Assembly (NCBI GenBank): GCA_043822785.1 | Contig: JBDRBN010000032.1 | Location: 1 to 27,230 of the forward strand | DNA from: Pseudomonadota bacterium | Lineage (GTDB): Bacteria; UBA10199; 2-02-FULL-44-16; JAAZCA01 | DNA: 27,230 bases | Direction: 5' to 3' | In this document: positions 24,691 to 27,230 of the stretch, piece after piece | How positions within the stretch are numbered: the stretch's first letter is position 1 | Layout of the letters: every line of letters starts with the position of its first letter | Program-made: the position numbers and the translations under genes | Notes under the pieces: model-generated | What the model was told of the DNA's origin: nothing | Seen by the model: the letters and a program-made list of their open reading frames with translations, nothing else | The model's database searches: none

Positions 24691-24726
24691 GTTGCTTGCG
24701 TTTCTCGCTTTTCTCGCGTTGCTGGC
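24691..24726. repeat. Reverse-orientation 9-mer array
   Basis: GTTGCTTGC GTTTCTCGC TTTTCTCGC GTTGCTGGC. Confidence 0.75.
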
Positions 24727-24735
24727 CTATATATA

Positions 24736-24761
24736 TTATCGGCAGATCATAAGCAAAAGTT
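24736..24761 (-). promoter_or_regulatory. Possible sigma28(FliA)-like promoter for the peptidase gene
   Basis: The minus strand reads AACTTTT-N11-GCCGATAA; GCCGATAA is the sigma28 -10 consensus. Confidence 0.5.
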
Positions 24762-24819
24762 TCTTAAAAAATTAGCTAACTAGCTATATTTATAGCGAAA
24801 ATCGTAAAAAACGTGAAAA

Positions 24820-25617
24820 ATGCGTATTATCGTTCCAATAAAACAGGTGCCTGAGACAAAATCCGTGAGGATGGATGAGGCCACGGGCACCGTGATCCGC
24901 GAGGGGATTGAATCCATCATCAATCCACTCGATCTGTATGCCATAGAGACCGCAATCCAATTAAAAGAAAAATGTGGGGGAGAGACTATTGCTCTTACTA
25001 TGGGCCCGCCAAGTGCGATAGATGCTCTTAGAGAAGCCATTGCTATGGGGCTAGACTCTGCGCTCTTCATCACTGACAAAGCCATCAAGGGTTCAGATAC
25101 CTGGGCAACTGCATACGTGTTGGCAGAGGCAATAAAGCAAATCAAAGATTATGATCTTATCATCTGCGGAGAGCGGGCTACGGACGGCGAGACGGGCCAG
25201 GTCGGCCCCGGCATTGCATCACATCTTGATCTTCCAGCCATCACATATGTGAGAAAGGTCGAGCAGATCTCTGAAGATGGGTGCAAGGTCTTGCGCATGG
25301 TTGAGGATGGCTCAGAAAAGCTCACATTCTCTTTTCCTGGTTTGATGACAGTAGTCAAAGAAGTGTGCGTGCCCCGCCTTCCAACCCTGCGTGGCAAAAA
25401 GAGGGCAAAACAAATAGAAATTCCTGTGATGGGAACAGTCGAACTTAATCTCGATATATCCAAAATAGGACTTACTGGTTCACCTACTCATGTAGAGAAG
25501 ATATTCAAACCCAAAGTAGCTAGGGAATGCGAAAAGGTGTTTGCAAAGGATGAAGAAGGGGTGGCAGGAGCGGTTGATAGGTTGAGTGCTTTTTTAAAAC
25601 AAAAGGAAATCATCTGA
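24820..25617 (+). CDS. etfB: Electron transfer flavoprotein beta subunit
   Basis: IKQVPET, INPLDLYAIE, TMGPP, GSDTWATA and DGETGQVGP motifs. Confidence 0.95.
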   Translation: MRIIVPIKQVPETKSVRMDEATGTVIREGIESIINPLDLYAIETAIQLKEKCGGETIALTMGPPSAIDALREAIAMGLDSALFITDKAIKGSDTWATAYVLAEAIKQIKDYDLIICGERATDGETGQVGPGIASHLDLPAITYVRKVEQISEDGCKVLRMVEDGSEKLTFSFPGLMTVVKEVCVPRLPTLRGKKRAKQIEIPVMGTVELNLDISKIGLTGSPTHVEKIFKPKVARECEKVFAKDEEGVAGAVDRLSAFLKQKEII

Positions 25618-25630
25618 TGTAGGTCGTTTT

Positions 25631-25708
25631 TGTCATTGCGAGGAGGCGTAGCCGAGGAAGCAATCTCCTGGAGATCGCCACGCTCATTATCATTCGCTCG
25701 CGATGACA
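25631..25708. repeat. REP-like palindromic element between etfB and etfA
   Basis: TGTCATTGCGAG...GAAGCAATCTC-CTG-GAGATCGC...CTCGCGATGACA, with paired termini and an internal hairpin. Confidence 0.8.
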
Positions 25709-25723
25709 TAATAAGAGGATTTG

Positions 25724-26722
25724 ATGGACTATTCTGATGTATGGATTTTAGCAGAGCAAAAACAGGGCAGGGTGCAGCGCATCTCGCACGAGTTGCTAGC
25801 TCGCGGCATTGATTTGGCAAAAAAGAGCGGATGTGAACTTTGTGCCATGGTGTTTGGAAACAACATCCACGATGGCGATCTTGATGAACTCATACAGAGA
25901 GGTGCGAATAAGGTGGTTGCTATGCAGGCACCTCAGCTTACGCATTTTCTCATAGAGCCATATGCGAGATGCATGCTCCATGTCATAGATGAATATCGCC
26001 CAGAGATTATCTTGGCAGGGGCCACGTCATTTGGTCGCACCTTGATGCCTTATGTATCCATGGCATGCCATGCAGGCCTTACTGCTGATTGCACTGGTTT
26101 GGATATCGAAGAGGGCACCGGCCTTTTAGTTCAAACCAGGCCTGCGATCGGTGGCAATGTTATGGCCATGATCAAAACTCCAAAACATCGTCCCCAGATG
26201 GCAACCGTTAGGCCAAGATCCATGAAGCCTGCTCCAAGACAACAAGGCCGCGCAGGCAAGATCATAAAAATGGATGCTCCCTCTCAATTGTTAGCAAGTA
26301 AAATAACAAGAGATGCTTTTGTTCCAAACAAAAAGGCACAGGTTTTAAAGGAGGCAGACATAGTTGTGGTGGTGGGCAGGGGCATCAAAAAGCCGGAGAA
26401 CATTCCTTTGGTTAAGAAGTTTGCCGATGCATTGGGTGCAGCATTGGGTGCGAGCAGGGATGTGGTCGATCGTGGTTGGTTAAGCTATTCGCATCAAGTG
26501 GGTTTGAGCGGTAAGACCATAAATCCAAAAATGTATATTGGCGTGGGTGTATCCGGTGCAATTCAACATCTGGCAGGCATGCAAACTTCTGAGACCATCG
26601 TGGCTATTAATATCGATCCGGATGCTCCCATCTTTAAGGTAGCAAACTTTGGCATCGTGGGAGATCTGTTTGAAGTGCTGCCTCTCTTAACAGAAAGCTT
26701 TAAAAAGGTGTCGGACACTTAA
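25724..26722 (+). CDS. etfA: Electron transfer flavoprotein alpha subunit
   Basis: GLTADCT, RPQMATVRP, QVGLSGKT, GVSGAIQHLAGM and AINIDPDAPIF motifs. Confidence 0.96.
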   Translation: MDYSDVWILAEQKQGRVQRISHELLARGIDLAKKSGCELCAMVFGNNIHDGDLDELIQRGANKVVAMQAPQLTHFLIEPYARCMLHVIDEYRPEIILAGATSFGRTLMPYVSMACHAGLTADCTGLDIEEGTGLLVQTRPAIGGNVMAMIKTPKHRPQMATVRPRSMKPAPRQQGRAGKIIKMDAPSQLLASKITRDAFVPNKKAQVLKEADIVVVVGRGIKKPENIPLVKKFADALGAALGASRDVVDRGWLSYSHQVGLSGKTINPKMYIGVGVSGAIQHLAGMQTSETIVAINIDPDAPIFKVANFGIVGDLFEVLPLLTESFKKVSDT

Positions 26723-26774
26723 ATTTTTACAACCAGCTGATAAACAAGAACAAATAAGTGTCCGACACCTTTTT
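26702..26774. repeat. 20-bp perfect inverted repeat with internally palindromic arms
   Basis: AAAAAGGTGTCGGACACTTA (26702-26721) / TAAGTGTCCGACACCTTTTT (26755-26774). Confidence 0.85.
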
Positions 26775-26832
26775 GGAGTTAGCATTAACAGAAAGGATAA
26801 TACGAAGGTAACCGAATTTCCCTCTCCCCTTG

Positions 26833-27230
26833 GAGACTGTGTCGCAATTGGGGAGGGTGACTTGATATAAACGTTCTTTGACAAAAAAATATGAGAATTT
26901 TGTTACAAAATACTACCGGCCAAATATTCGAGTGATGTCAGTCCATATTCTCTTCTGTTTTATCCTTGTGACATCTATGGGCGCTGTATTCCGTACTATC
27001 GCATCTAAACGGAACTCGCACTCAGGGCTGCCAGCCTGGCCAAAAGCGTACCAACACCAAAGAGCGTCATCATGCGGGTAACATTGAAACATGTCGCCAA
27101 AAGCGAAGTCTCGGCCTGGACACCTTCTTGCCCTCGCAACAGAAAGGCATCTGTTTTGAGGTTTCGCTTGATATGCCCAAAAGGAAGCTCTGCCCTGGTT
27201 TTTCTCCGGGCGTACACCTCTTGCGATGAT
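26833..27230 (-). mobile_element. Distal end of an IS1182-like insertion sequence (partial)
   Basis: Transposase C-terminus, plus candidate terminal IR GAGACTGTGTCGCAA at 26833-26847, which resembles IS1182-type ends as recalled. The other end is outside the window. Confidence 0.65.
27005..27229 (-). CDS. DDE transposase C-terminal fragment, IS1182-like (partial, open to the window edge)
   Basis: YARRKTRAELPFGHIKRNL...FLLRG...V.AE..L....FN matches the Y-x2-R-x3/4-E-x2-FG-x-IK signature. Confidence 0.88.
   Translation of the reverse strand, partial: SSQEVYARRKTRAELPFGHIKRNLKTDAFLLRGQEGVQAETSLLATCFNVTRMMTLFGVGTLLARLAALSASSV

Noticed and set aside
26878..27081. 67-aa + strand ORF
   Set aside because: It lies antisense to and within the IS end, with no motif or RBS.

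Overview
This is a bacterial chromosomal window of moderate GC, with gene content and style suggestive of a Deltaproteobacteria-like lineage (inference only). Most of it is housekeeping: archease, ndk, a TPR lipoprotein, gyrA, HU, an ArfB-like GGQ factor, a V4R sensor kinase, carAB, cstA, a TauE/SafE permease, tRNA-Ser(TGA), PBP1b with a TPR lipoprotein, an ICMT-family protein, pduO, cutA, an HExxH peptidase and etfBA. It also holds an AT-rich XRE-HTH plus nucleotidyltransferase (DUF6036-like) module and the end of an IS1182-like element. The standout is a nested tRNA at 5739-6023: a tRNA-Arg gene split in its anticodon loop by a 212-nt, almost fully base-paired insert that itself contains a second full-length tRNA-Arg(TCT). 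Intergenic spaces are filled with several families of small palindromic and tandem repeats that insert into one another: a 154-bp MITE with 18-bp TIRs and an 8-bp flanking duplication, REP-like hairpins, 7-mer and 9-mer arrays, and a 20-bp perfect palindrome. All calls were made by eye from motifs, with no database searches.
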